Under the pieces are notes generated by a model that was not told the DNA's origin, made no database searches, and saw nothing but the letters and a program-made list of their open reading frames with translations. A DNA stretch of 64,000 nt from assembly GCA_963828735.1 (NCBI GenBank), contig CAWHFW010000005.1, forward strand, positions 2,176,001 to 2,240,000. Reading direction: 5' to 3'. Made by a program: the position numbers and the translations under genes. Shown in pieces: positions 9,225-19,045 of this stretch (position 1 is its first letter; every line of letters begins with the position of its first letter). The DNA comes from an uncultured Gemmatimonadales bacterium (lineage in GTDB: Bacteria > Gemmatimonadota > Gemmatimonadetes > Gemmatimonadales > GWC2-71-9).

Positions 9225-9581
9225 ATGCGCCTTCTTGATTTTACTCCCGGTCACGGTACGCCGATCACCGTGTACGAGAGCCACGGAGCCTTCGCGCTTC
9301 CGCTTGGCGAGGGACGCGGCGAGGGCCACGTCTACTGCGTGCGGATCGAGCCGGGCGGGGCCATCGGTCCCCACGAGGCCGGGTTCGGGCAGCTCTTCCT
9401 CGTCGTCGCCGGCAGCGGCTGGGTCAGCGGCGCCGACGGTGTGCAACGGCCGCTCGGCGTGGGCCGCGGCGCGTTCATCCCTCGCGGAGAGGTCCACGCC
9501 AAGGGGAGCGATGCGGGGCTGACGGCAATTATGGTGCAGCTCACCGAGCTGGCGGCGGCGCCGATCGCGCGCGCGGTCTGA
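9225..9581 (+). CDS. Cupin domain protein
   Basis: GPHEAGFGQLFLVVAGSGWV and IPRGEVH cupin motifs; GAGGAG RBS. Confidence 0.88.
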   Translation: MRLLDFTPGHGTPITVYESHGAFALPLGEGRGEGHVYCVRIEPGGAIGPHEAGFGQLFLVVAGSGWVSGADGVQRPLGVGRGAFIPRGEVHAKGSDAGLTAIMVQLTELAAAPIARAV

Positions 9582-9727
9582 CCGGCGACGCGGGCCGACG
9601 CCAGACGTGCCATGCCATGTCGAGTGTTTCGACTAGCCCCCGAGTGGACCTGCCGGTCCGGGCCGGGGCGGTTCCGATGCCGACCGAAGGAGGGTGAGCG
9701 GAATGGGATCGCCCTCGAGCGTATCAC

Positions 9728-10147
9728 GTGATTCGACGTGCTTTGGTCGTCTGGGTCATCCTTTTGATCCTCGCCGTCGTGAACGGCGGCGTACGAGACA
9801 TGTGGTTGTCGCCGTGGCTCGGAGAGACCGCCGGTCGGGCGCTCAGCTCGGTGCTGTTGTCCGGCCTGATCGTGCTCGCCACATGGATGACGATCGGCTG
9901 GATCCGCCCGCCGGACGCACGTGCCGCGCTGGCCGTAGGGATACTCTGGCTCGGCCTGACGCTGATCTTCGAGTTTATCGTGGGGCACTTCGGGTTTCGG
10001 AAGACCTGGGCGGAGCTGCTCGCCGACTACGATCTTCGCCGGGGCCGAATCTGGATAGCGGTGCTGGTGGCCACCACGCTGGCGCCCCTGGGGATGGCGC
10101 GACTCCGGCAGCGTCACCCGGAATCTGGCAGAGCGGAGGGTGAATGA
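9728..10147 (+). CDS. Hypothetical 4-TM membrane protein
   Basis: Four hydrophobic segments; NGGVRD, FEFIVGH and LLADYD motifs; ATGA overlap with the next gene. Confidence 0.8.
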   Translation: MIRRALVVWVILLILAVVNGGVRDMWLSPWLGETAGRALSSVLLSGLIVLATWMTIGWIRPPDARAALAVGILWLGLTLIFEFIVGHFGFRKTWAELLADYDLRRGRIWIAVLVATTLAPLGMARLRQRHPESGRAEGE

Positions 10148-10704
10148 TTCGCAAGCTGCCTCCCGCCGATGCCGCCACGATCCCGGACCTTCGGGATACG
10201 ATCTTCGATGCGTGGCGGACGAACAATCGCCTGACGGTCTTTCTTTTCGAGCACCTGCCACCGAGCCTGTGGGCCGCCGCTGTCCCGGGCGCGCCCCGTC
10301 GCACGATCGGCATGATCGCGGGCCACGTGCACAACGCCCGGTGCCGATGGATCAAGTCCCTGGGCCAGGAATTCGGCATCCCCGTGCCGCGGAGCGTCGA
10401 CCGCCGGCGCGTCGGACGGCAGGAGCTGGTTCGGGGTCTCGACCGGAGCAGCCAGGGCATCCTCCGACTGCTGGCCCTCGGCTGTGAGCGCGGGGGTACG
10501 ATCCCGACGGCTTCGACCTACGTCTGGCGCAATCTACCGCTCGACGTCGGGCACGTGCTGAGCTATTTCGTGGCCCATGAGGCACACCACCGCGGCCAGA
10601 TCGTGCTCGCGGCGCGGGCGCTGGGGGAGCGACTTCCCGCCGCGGTCACGGACGGCCTCTGGCAATGGACCAAGCGTGCGGCGGAGGCGAAGAGTCGCGG
10701 GTGA
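10144..10704 (+). CDS. DinB family protein
   Basis: AGHVHNAR and HEAHHRGQ metal-binding His motifs. Confidence 0.9.
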   Translation: MIRKLPPADAATIPDLRDTIFDAWRTNNRLTVFLFEHLPPSLWAAAVPGAPRRTIGMIAGHVHNARCRWIKSLGQEFGIPVPRSVDRRRVGRQELVRGLDRSSQGILRLLALGCERGGTIPTASTYVWRNLPLDVGHVLSYFVAHEAHHRGQIVLAARALGERLPAAVTDGLWQWTKRAAEAKSRG

Positions 10705-11951
10705 GACCCTCGGGATCCTCGGGATGGCGTGGCCCCCTCCTCTGGGTCGCTGGACTGGCCATCGCGTTGGCGCTCGCGATTCCGGTCGGGCTGCACCAGC
10801 ACCTCGGGGAAGACTTCCACGTGTTTTGGCAGGCGGGCCGCAACTTCGCGACCGGCGCGCCGCTCTATCACGACTCGCTGCCCGGTGCCCGGCCGCTCAA
10901 GTACCCGCCCTTCGCGGCCATGGCCTTCACCCCGCTCGCGCTGTTCTCCCTGCACGTGGCCGCCATCCTGATGTCGTTGCTCAACCTCGGCCTGTGGGTG
11001 GTCGCGGTCGGGCTGACGCGGCAGATCGTCGCGCGCACCTTGCCAGATCGCACTCCCTCCCCAGTGCCGCTGGTGCTCGCGTTCATCCTCAGCGCCCAGT
11101 TCTTCCTCGACAACTTTCATCACGTCCAGATGAACGAGGTGACGTTCGTCCTGGCCCTGCTCGGGATCAAGGCGTATCTGGACGGACGCGATGTGACCTC
11201 GGCGGCCGCGTTCGTCGCCGCGACGGCGCTCAAGATCACGCCCATCTTCTTCACCGCGTGGCTCGTGATCCGAGGTCGCCGTCGCGCGGCGCTCGCCGTG
11301 TTTCCGATCGCCCTCGCGTGCCTGCTCGTGCCCATGGTCCTCAGGGGTCCTTCCCGGGGCGTGGACGAGCTGCAGGAGTACTACCACAAGTTTCTCCGGC
11401 AGCATCAGCACGGGGAGATCGAGTCGTACTCGGCGGGACAGAACATCGCAGGCGTGGTGAACAGGATGACGCTCGCGCCCGCGTCTCCGGACCAGTCTTC
11501 CTTCCAGTGGGTGCCGGCCACCAGGCGGGCGGCGCAGCTCGCCTACCAAGGCGCGTGGGTCACCCTGCTGATGCTGTTTCTGGGCCGGCTGGTGCACCTG
11601 CGCGTGCGCCGGGCGCCGCTCAACGCCGACGAGCTGGCCATGATCTTCGCGACGTCCCTGTTGCTCAGCCCCATCACGTTCACGACCCACCTCGTGCCGC
11701 TGCTCTTCGTGTTCGCGACCGCACTGTCCGCGTGGCCGGTCGCCCGCGGCCCAGCGCGCGTGGTGGCGCTCGCGATCGGTGTCGGCATGGCCGTCTGCGG
11801 ATTGAGCGGGCGGGACCTCGTCGGCGGCGCGATGTACTTGGACGTCGGCGGCTACAGCGTGTGTGGCTGGACCATCCTGGCGCTCTTCGGCGTGACCCTG
11901 GTGCGTGGTGGGCGTGCGGGGCTGGCCATGGATGGAGAGCCGAAGGCATAG
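10701..11951 (+). CDS. Glycosyltransferase family 87 (DUF2029) polytopic membrane protein
   Basis: DFHVFWQAG, YPPF, QMN, LKITP and SPITFTTH motifs; GTGA overlap with the DinB stop. Confidence 0.88.
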   Translation: MRPSGSSGWRGPLLWVAGLAIALALAIPVGLHQHLGEDFHVFWQAGRNFATGAPLYHDSLPGARPLKYPPFAAMAFTPLALFSLHVAAILMSLLNLGLWVVAVGLTRQIVARTLPDRTPSPVPLVLAFILSAQFFLDNFHHVQMNEVTFVLALLGIKAYLDGRDVTSAAAFVAATALKITPIFFTAWLVIRGRRRAALAVFPIALACLLVPMVLRGPSRGVDELQEYYHKFLRQHQHGEIESYSAGQNIAGVVNRMTLAPASPDQSSFQWVPATRRAAQLAYQGAWVTLLMLFLGRLVHLRVRRAPLNADELAMIFATSLLLSPITFTTHLVPLLFVFATALSAWPVARGPARVVALAIGVGMAVCGLSGRDLVGGAMYLDVGGYSVCGWTILALFGVTLVRGGRAGLAMDGEPKA

Positions 11952-11967
11952 GGGGGCACCAGAGCCC

Positions 11968-14900
11968 TCACGAGGCCGCGCTTTCGCGCGAGTGCATGGC
12001 GAGGCCCCGACGGTGGACCGGCTCCCCGAAGATCTCGAGGAACACGGGCACGATCAGCAGCGTGACGAGCGTCGAGACCACGAGGCCGCCCACCACGGCG
12101 AGCGCGAGCGGCCGCTGCAGCTCCGCCCCGGCGCCGAGGCCGAGTGACAGCGGCACGAGGCCGGCCAGCGTGCATACGGTGGTCATGAGGATCGGCCGCA
12201 GCCGGACCCTGCCGGCGTGGGCCAGCGCTGCCGCCGGCTCCTCTCCCGCGTCGGACGCGTGGCGGGCGGCGTCGAGCAGCAGGATGCCGTTCTTCACGAT
12301 CAGCCCCACCAGCAGGATCAGTCCCATGAAGCTCGAGACGTTGAACGGAACCCCCGTCACGCCGAGCATCGTCAGCGCGCCGGTCACGCCGAGCGGCACG
12401 GCGAGGACGATGGCGAGCGGGCCGCGGAAGCTCTCGAACTGCGCCACCAGCAGCAGCAGCACCGCGCCGAGCGCGAGGGCCAGCACGCCGAGCAGCTCGC
12501 GGAACGCGGCCTGCTGGCTGGCGTACTGCCCGCCGACCTGCAGCGTCACGCCCGCCGGCAGCGCCACCCGACCCAGCGCCCGCCGCACGTCGCCCATTAC
12601 GCCGCCGAGACTGCGGCCGCTGGTCCGCCCGGTCACCGCGACGTATGGCCGGAGATTCTCGCGCAGGAGCTCGCTCGCCCCGCCGGTGTCGCGCACTTCG
12701 CCGAGCTGAGCCAGCGGAAGCCAGCCGCCGGGCCCGATGATCGGCACCCGCGCGATGGCGTCGCCCTGGGCGCGCACGCTGTCGGCCAGTCGCACGCGGA
12801 TCGGCACCAGCCGGTCCGGCTCCCGCGCGGTGCCGGCGTCCGCGCCGAAGAGGGCCGCCCGCGCCTGGGCCTCGACCTCCCCGGCCGTGAGCCCCAGCCG
12901 CGCGACGCGCGCCGGGTCGAGCTCGACCCGGCGCTCGGGGTTGGGGCCCTGCACGCCGTCGAACAGGTCCACCAGGCCGGGCGTCGGCTCGATCGCCGCC
13001 GCCACCGCCCGGGCCGCGCGTTCGGCGGCGGCCTGGTCCCGGCTGAACAGCTTGAGCTCGACCGGCTCCGGCGCGCCGGCCAGGTCGCCGATCACGTCCT
13101 GCATGAGCTGCACGAACTCCACTCGCACGGCTGGCGCCCTCTCCTCCGCCGCCGCGCGCACCCGATCCATGACCTTGTAAACCGACGGCCGGGCACCGCG
13201 CGCCTTGAGCAGCACCGTGAAGTCGCCGCGATTGGGCGACGTGGCTGCGAAGCCGAGCTCGCTGCCGGTCCGGCGGGTGAACGCCTGCACCGCGGGGTCG
13301 GCCAGCAGAATGCCCTCGAGCACGCGCACCTGGCGGTCGGTCTCGGAGAGGGCGGCGCCGGTCGGCGCCCAGTAGTCGAGGATGAAGCCGCCCTCGTCCA
13401 TCTCGGGGAGGAAGCCGGTCCCGATCACGCGAGAGAGGCCCAGACCGAGCGCCAGCAGCGCGACGCATGCGCCGACGGCCGCTGCGCGGTGCGCGAGCAT
13501 CCAGCCGATGGCCCGGGCGTAGCGCTCCTCCAGCGCACGGAGCGAGAGTCGCGGGGCCCGCCGCCCCCGCGCCTCGCGGGCGGCCCACTGCGCGACCACC
13601 GCCGGAATCACCGTCATCGCGAGTGCGAGCGAGATGAGCACGGCCACCGCGAGCGCGATGGCGAACGACCGGAAGAACTCGCCCACCACGCCGGTGAGGA
13701 GCCCGAGCGGCGCGAAGACGACGACCGTGGTGAGGGTCGAGCCGGCCACCGGCCCGAGGATCTCGTCGGTGCCCGTCCGCACCACCTCCGCCGGCGGCTC
13801 GTCCGGGTGCAGCGCGAGCCGGCGCTCGATGTTCTCCACCACGACGACCGCGTCGTCGATGATGATGCCGATCGCCACCGCCAGGCCGCCCAGGCTCATC
13901 AGGTTGAGCGAATCGCCCGCCAGCGCCAGGCCGAGAAGCGTGATGGCGACGGTGAGCGGCAGGCTGAGCGCGGCGGCCGCCGTCGTCCGCCATTCGCCGA
14001 GGAAGAGGAGCAGCACGAGCACCGCGAGGGCGCCCCCGAGCAGCATCGCGTCGCGGACGCTCCGCATGGAGTCGCGCACGAGCGCGGCCTGGTCGTACAC
14101 CGACTCGAGGCGCACGCCGGCCGGCAGCAGGGGGCGGAGCGAGTCCAGCGCCGCCCGCACCGCGGCCTGCAGGCGCAGCGTGTTGCCGTTCGGCTGGCGG
14201 GACACGTTGACCAGCGCGGCGGGCCGGCCGTTGCCGGCCACGATCTGGAAGAGGTCCTGGGCGCCGTAGCTCACGGTGCCCAGGTCGGCCACGCGCACCG
14301 GCCGCGGCCCGCTCTCGCGGACGACGACCCGTCCCACCGCCTCCGGCGTGTTGGTGAGCCCCGAGACGACGACGGCGTACTGCCGGTAGTCGCGGTCGGT
14401 GCGGCCCGCCGCCGCTTCCACGTCCGTGCCGCCGATCGCCTGGGCGACCTGGTCCACGCTCACGCTGTTCGCCGCGAGGCGGGCCGGGTCGAGCTCCACC
14501 GCGATCTCGCGGACGCGCCCGCCTTCGACCGCGACCTCGCCCACGTCCGGCAGCCCGGCCAGCCGCGGCCGCACGGTGCGCTCGGCGAGGTCCCGGAGGA
14601 CGAGCGGGTCGGCCCCCGTGAGCTCGTACTGCAGCATCGGAAACACTGACGGCGTGAGCCGCTCGGCGCTGAGGTCGAGCCCGTCGGGCAACGTGCCCCG
14701 CGCCGCGGCCAGCCGGCCCTGCACCTGGCTCAGCGCGAACTGCATGTCGGCGTTGGGACGGAAGTCGAGGCTCAGCTCCGCCGAGCCGCGGACGGTGAGC
14801 GTGCGGACGCGCCGGAGGCCGAGGATGCCGCTCAGCGCCTCCTCGAGCGGTCGGGTGACCGCGACCGTCATCTGCTCCGCCTCGAACGTGCCGCCCCGCG

Positions 14901-15045
14901 CGAGCACGACGATGCGTGGGTACGTCACCTCCGGATAGATCCCCGCGGGCAGCGTGAGCAGCGCCCATACGCCGCCCAGCGCGAGCAGCGCGACGGTGAG
15001 ATAGACGGCCGCCCGGTGCCTGAGGAAGAGACCGGTGAGCCTCAC
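11968..15045 (-). CDS. RND efflux permease (AcrB/CusA superfamily)
   Basis: GIIIDDAVVVVENI, FLPEMDEG, KNGILLLD and RLRPILMTT; the GTG start overlaps the adaptor stop (the 1566-aa ORF is over-extended). Confidence 0.95.
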   Translation of the reverse strand: MRLTGLFLRHRAAVYLTVALLALGGVWALLTLPAGIYPEVTYPRIVVLARGGTFEAEQMTVAVTRPLEEALSGILGLRRVRTLTVRGSAELSLDFRPNADMQFALSQVQGRLAAARGTLPDGLDLSAERLTPSVFPMLQYELTGADPLVLRDLAERTVRPRLAGLPDVGEVAVEGGRVREIAVELDPARLAANSVSVDQVAQAIGGTDVEAAAGRTDRDYRQYAVVVSGLTNTPEAVGRVVVRESGPRPVRVADLGTVSYGAQDLFQIVAGNGRPAALVNVSRQPNGNTLRLQAAVRAALDSLRPLLPAGVRLESVYDQAALVRDSMRSVRDAMLLGGALAVLVLLLFLGEWRTTAAAALSLPLTVAITLLGLALAGDSLNLMSLGGLAVAIGIIIDDAVVVVENIERRLALHPDEPPAEVVRTGTDEILGPVAGSTLTTVVVFAPLGLLTGVVGEFFRSFAIALAVAVLISLALAMTVIPAVVAQWAAREARGRRAPRLSLRALEERYARAIGWMLAHRAAAVGACVALLALGLGLSRVIGTGFLPEMDEGGFILDYWAPTGAALSETDRQVRVLEGILLADPAVQAFTRRTGSELGFAATSPNRGDFTVLLKARGARPSVYKVMDRVRAAAEERAPAVRVEFVQLMQDVIGDLAGAPEPVELKLFSRDQAAAERAARAVAAAIEPTPGLVDLFDGVQGPNPERRVELDPARVARLGLTAGEVEAQARAALFGADAGTAREPDRLVPIRVRLADSVRAQGDAIARVPIIGPGGWLPLAQLGEVRDTGGASELLRENLRPYVAVTGRTSGRSLGGVMGDVRRALGRVALPAGVTLQVGGQYASQQAAFRELLGVLALALGAVLLLLVAQFESFRGPLAIVLAVPLGVTGALTMLGVTGVPFNVSSFMGLILLVGLIVKNGILLLDAARHASDAGEEPAAALAHAGRVRLRPILMTTVCTLAGLVPLSLGLGAGAELQRPLALAVVGGLVVSTLVTLLIVPVFLEIFGEPVHRRGLAMHSRESAAS

Positions 15046-16097
15046 CGCGCGGATCCGGCGGCCGCGGCCGTCGGCACGACGTGCATCCCATCCTCCAGGC
15101 CGAAGGCGCCGGTGGTCACGACACGCTCGCCCTCGCGCACGTCGCCCCGGATCTCGGTCCGGCCGCCGGCGCGAAGCCCGCGTGTCACGGTGCGCGCGTG
15201 CGCCACCGAGTCCGGCCCTACGACGAACACCACCGTGCTGTCGCCGGCGAGCACCACCGCCGAATCGGGAGCGACCAGCACGTCGCGCCGGACGCCCAGG
15301 CGGATCCGCGCCGTGGCCGCCGCGCCCGAATGCAGCCGGCCGGCGCCGTTCGGCACGCGGATCACGGCCTCCCCGGCGTTGGTGAGGGTGTCGACGCCCG
15401 GGGCGAGCGCGGCGAGCCAGCCGTGGGCGACCGCGGTGTCGCCGTCTTGCACGACATCCACCGCCAGCCCGGTGCGGAGGCGCCCGAGCTCGGGCGCGGG
15501 CACCGGTGCGGCCAGGTCGAGGGTATCGGCCGCGACCACTTGCGCCAGTGCATTGCCGGCGTCCACCCGCTCGCCTGGCTGGACCATCACCTCCTGAACC
15601 CGGCCCGCGACCGGGCTCGCGACCCGCGTGCGGGCCAGGAGGTCGTGCGCGGCGGCGGCGGCGGCGGCCGTCTGCCCGGCATTCGCGGCCGCCTCCTCGG
15701 CCTGGCGCGCCGACGTAATCCCGTCGGCCAGCAGTTGCTGCTGCCGCGCCGCCTCGCGCTCGGCCTGCGACGCTACGGCGGCCTTCTGCGCGGCGTCGGC
15801 CGCGAGCTCGGGCACCTCCAGCTCGACCACGACCGCACCCCGGGCGACGCGGTCGCCGACCTGCGCGCGCACCGCCCGCACTACGCCGGCCGCGGGCGCC
15901 GCGAGGAGCGCGCCGCCGCCGGGCCGCGGCTCCAGGCGGCCGGTCAGCGCCAGCGTTTCGGCGAGGGAGTCGCGCGCGATCATGCCCAGCGCGACCGGGA
16001 CCCGCGCTGGCGCGGCGCGCTCTTCGGCGCCGCTGTCGCCGCCCGAGCCGCAGGCGGCGAGCAGGACGAGCCCGGCCGACAGGAGGCCCCGGGTCAC
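15042..16097 (-). CDS. RND efflux periplasmic adaptor (membrane fusion lipoprotein)
   Basis: Lipobox LAAC; biotinyl-lipoyl-like halves (GDRVARG; SPVAGRV...PGERVDAG); GTGA overlap with the TolC stop. Confidence 0.93.
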   Translation of the reverse strand: MTRGLLSAGLVLLAACGSGGDSGAEERAAPARVPVALGMIARDSLAETLALTGRLEPRPGGGALLAAPAAGVVRAVRAQVGDRVARGAVVVELEVPELAADAAQKAAVASQAEREAARQQQLLADGITSARQAEEAAANAGQTAAAAAAAHDLLARTRVASPVAGRVQEVMVQPGERVDAGNALAQVVAADTLDLAAPVPAPELGRLRTGLAVDVVQDGDTAVAHGWLAALAPGVDTLTNAGEAVIRVPNGAGRLHSGAAATARIRLGVRRDVLVAPDSAVVLAGDSTVVFVVGPDSVAHARTVTRGLRAGGRTEIRGDVREGERVVTTGAFGLEDGMHVVPTAAAAGSAR

Positions 16098-17266
16098 TCG
16101 GCGTATCCGGCGAGGGCGTGCCAGTCGGCGAGCGCCTCCTGGAAGGCGAGCTCGTCCTGTATGGCGGCGAGCGACGCGTCGCGCTCGCCACGGAGCGCGT
16201 CCAGCACCGGGAAGATTCCGGTCTCGCCGGCCTGGTACGCCCGTAGCGCCCTCCCGCGCAGCACGGCGGCGCCCGGGACGATCGAGTCGCGGTCGAACCG
16301 CGCGCGGGCCGCGGTCTCCTCGAGATGGATGCGGGCCAGCCGCAGCTGCCGCACGACGTCGAGCCGGGCCTCGCGCGCCAGCGCCGACGCCCGGTCCGCG
16401 CGGGCCGTCGCTTCGGCCGCGGTGCCCCCGCCGATGTTCCACAGCGGGAACGGCACCGCGATGCCGATGACGCCCAGCGTGCCCGGCTGCGACTCGTCGC
16501 CCCACTCCGCGCCCGCCTGGACCGTCGGCATGGGGATGCGCGCCCGGTCGGCGCTTCGCGCCTGGGCGGCGGCCGCAGCCGAGTCCGCCGTTGCGGTGCG
16601 CACTGCCGGCAGGGTGGCGAGGTCGATCGCGGTGTCGGGAAGCTGGTCCACGTCCGCGTCGAGGGCACCCATCGGGATCGGCGGCGCGCCCTCCCAGGCG
16701 ATCGCTCGCGCCAGCTCCGCTTCGCCCACGCGCGCGACCTCGCGCGCGGTCGCGGCGGTCTGCCGGGCGCGCGCCGCCTCCTGGGCCGCCTGCTCCTGCT
16801 CCAGCAGCGAAATGTCGCCGGCGCGGAGCCGTGCGGCCGCGAGCCGGGCCACCGAGTCGGCCAGAGACGCCTGCGCGCTCACCAGCGACTCCGCCACGCG
16901 CGAGGCGCGTGCACGGTAGAACGCGCTCCGCACGTCGCGCAGCAGCCCGGCCAGGGCGAGCGACGAGTCGGCCAGCGCGCGCTCGACGCCGGCCTCCCCG
17001 GCCGAGCGGTTGCTGCCGCGTCGGAGCAGCCAGTCAAGCGGCTGGTCCACCAGCAGGTGGTTGCGAGGGGTGGATTCGCTGTGGCTGTACGACACGGTGG
17101 GATTCGAGATGGTGCCCGCCACGCGGAGAGCCCCGCGCGCCTCGGCCACGCCCGCCGCCGCCGCGGCGACGACGCCACGCGCGTGCCGCGCGTGGTCGAG
17201 CGCCTGCGCCAGGGAGATCGAGTCGGCCGGCGATTGGATCAGGAGAGCGATAGTCAGCAGAATCAT
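16094..17266 (-). CDS. TolC family outer-membrane efflux protein
   Basis: Signal peptide; VPFPLWN and AYQAGETGIFPVLDA repeats; operon position. Confidence 0.92.
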   Translation of the reverse strand: MILLTIALLIQSPADSISLAQALDHARHARGVVAAAAAGVAEARGALRVAGTISNPTVSYSHSESTPRNHLLVDQPLDWLLRRGSNRSAGEAGVERALADSSLALAGLLRDVRSAFYRARASRVAESLVSAQASLADSVARLAAARLRAGDISLLEQEQAAQEAARARQTAATAREVARVGEAELARAIAWEGAPPIPMGALDADVDQLPDTAIDLATLPAVRTATADSAAAAAQARSADRARIPMPTVQAGAEWGDESQPGTLGVIGIAVPFPLWNIGGGTAAEATARADRASALAREARLDVVRQLRLARIHLEETAARARFDRDSIVPGAAVLRGRALRAYQAGETGIFPVLDALRGERDASLAAIQDELAFQEALADWHALAGYAE

Positions 17267-17443
17267 CGGCGTGCCGCCTTCGCACTCACGCGCCGAGAGC
17301 CGGGACGGGCAGGGAGGTGGAGGGACACGGCTGGAACCTGCACTGCCGGAGTCAGGCGCGCAAAGGCGGGCGAAGGGCATCACGGACCTGGGGCGTGTGG
17401 CATCCCCGAGGACCATGATCCGGGTGGTCTGAGGATCGGATTC

Positions 17444-18967
17444 TCAGCTCTTCGTGATCCGGATCCGGTCGATCTCCGCCCCCGATTCGTCAATCTGCCT
17501 GAGGATCAGCTCGGTCGCCTGAACATCGACGACCGTCAGCGAATGCCGGTCGGACACCAGCCGATCCACATAGGCGACGTTCCCGTCTTCGGGGCGGACC
17601 CACCGTGACGGCTGACCGGTGAAATCCACGTCGTACAGGCGCTTGCCGCCGGCGCCGGTCGTGAGGTAGATGATGCCCCGGGGCCGCGTGACCCGCACGC
17701 CGTCGAACGCGGTGTCCACGGTAAAGGTGCCGGGCACCAGTCGCTTCCTGGCGTTGAGGCTCCCGGCCGCGCCCGGCCCCGACGGTGCGAAGCGGATCGG
17801 TCGGGTGCGCTGGTAGTTGTGCTCGTGGCCGTGAAAGACGATCGCGACGTCGTGCCGCTCGAACAGCGGCGCGAGCACCCGCATGTGCTGCTCCTCGTAG
17901 TGCTCGACGCCCACGTTGAACGCCGGATGATGGTAGACCACGAACTTCCACGCGGCGTCGGTGCCCGCGAGGTCTTCGGCCATCCACGCCTGCCACTCCG
18001 CGTCGGTCGGATCCAGATAGAGGTTGGAGTCGAGGCAGAGGAAGTGGACGTCCCCGTAGTCGAACGAATAGTTGGCCATGCGCGGAAACCGGGCGCCCGC
18101 GCAGGCCCGGAACGCGTCGAGACGGGCCGCCGCACCGACCACCGGCGTGGGCCGCCGGTGGATGGGCGCGTTCAGGGGCAGGTGCATGTTGGTGAAGTAG
18201 GCTAGGGAGTCAGCGTCGGCATCGAAGTCGGCCACCGGGTGGTCGTCGGCGGTCTTGCCGTTGACGTCGTGGTTCGCGATCACCGTGTAGAACGGAATCG
18301 AGCGAAGGAGCGGCGCCCCGGTGCGCGGCGTGGCCCGGTCGGCATTGTAGACCGGGAAGAAGTAGCGGGCATACTCGGTGTCGAGACCGCTCTCGTAAAC
18401 GTTGTCCCCGGTGTTCATCACGAAATCGGGCCGGGCCTGATAGGCATGGTAGGCGATGGCGTGGTCGCTGATGTCGCCGTAGGAGTTGTCGCCGAACGCG
18501 ACGAATCGGGTCGGGGTGCCGCGCGGCTTCCGGGTGGTGAAGTACCCCTCGGCGATCCGCTCGCCCCGGAGGGTCACGCGGTAATGATAGGTCTCGCCGA
18601 GCCGGAGGCCCTCGAAGGCGGCCGTGTAATTGAGCCGCGCCTCCCCGTCCTCCTTGTCGGCGGCCGAGCGGCGGTTGACCGTGACGTCGGCCGTGCTCCT
18701 GTACTGGGTCGTGGGCCCGAAGACGACGCGGAAGTCGGCTGGGGTGGCCTCGGTCTGCCAGGCGAGGATCACCCGCTCCTGGTCCGCCACGAGCCGGCTG
18801 TTGTCTCCCGGTTGTACGTAGGGCAGGGCCGTGAACAGCGGCGGCTCCGCGCCCGGAACCGATACAGAGCGCAGCGCGAAGCGGCCCCGCGACACCGGCA
18901 CCAGCGCGAGAAACGTGAGTCCGCCGGCGGCCTTGAGCAGGTCGCGCCGGCTGATGTCAGCCGACAT
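17444..18967 (-). CDS. Tat-exported purple-acid-phosphatase-like metallophosphoesterase
   Basis: SRRDLLK twin-arginine signal; FGD, GDNVY, NHD, HHP and GHEH motifs; N-terminal Fn3-like region. Confidence 0.92.
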   Translation of the reverse strand: MSADISRRDLLKAAGGLTFLALVPVSRGRFALRSVSVPGAEPPLFTALPYVQPGDNSRLVADQERVILAWQTEATPADFRVVFGPTTQYRSTADVTVNRRSAADKEDGEARLNYTAAFEGLRLGETYHYRVTLRGERIAEGYFTTRKPRGTPTRFVAFGDNSYGDISDHAIAYHAYQARPDFVMNTGDNVYESGLDTEYARYFFPVYNADRATPRTGAPLLRSIPFYTVIANHDVNGKTADDHPVADFDADADSLAYFTNMHLPLNAPIHRRPTPVVGAAARLDAFRACAGARFPRMANYSFDYGDVHFLCLDSNLYLDPTDAEWQAWMAEDLAGTDAAWKFVVYHHPAFNVGVEHYEEQHMRVLAPLFERHDVAIVFHGHEHNYQRTRPIRFAPSGPGAAGSLNARKRLVPGTFTVDTAFDGVRVTRPRGIIYLTTGAGGKRLYDVDFTGQPSRWVRPEDGNVAYVDRLVSDRHSLTVVDVQATELILRQIDESGAEIDRIRITKS

Positions 18968-19045
18968 GCTTGTCTCTCTCTCTGCGTCCCGGGCTCACCG
19001 ATTCAGCCGTACGCGGACGAGTCGCTGGGACGGAAGCGCCCACGA

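Noticed and set aside
11968..16668. 1566-aa ORF suggesting a giant RND fusion
   Set aside because: The N-terminal ~540 aa is an off-frame read through the TolC and MFP genes; the real start is the GTG at 15045, overlapping the MFP stop.
17267..17443. Possible fluoride riboswitch upstream of TolC (GTGATGCCCTTCGCC on the minus strand)
   Set aside because: Only a partial match to the 5' motif; the downstream conserved GCUGAUGAC-like segment and pseudoknot partner are missing.
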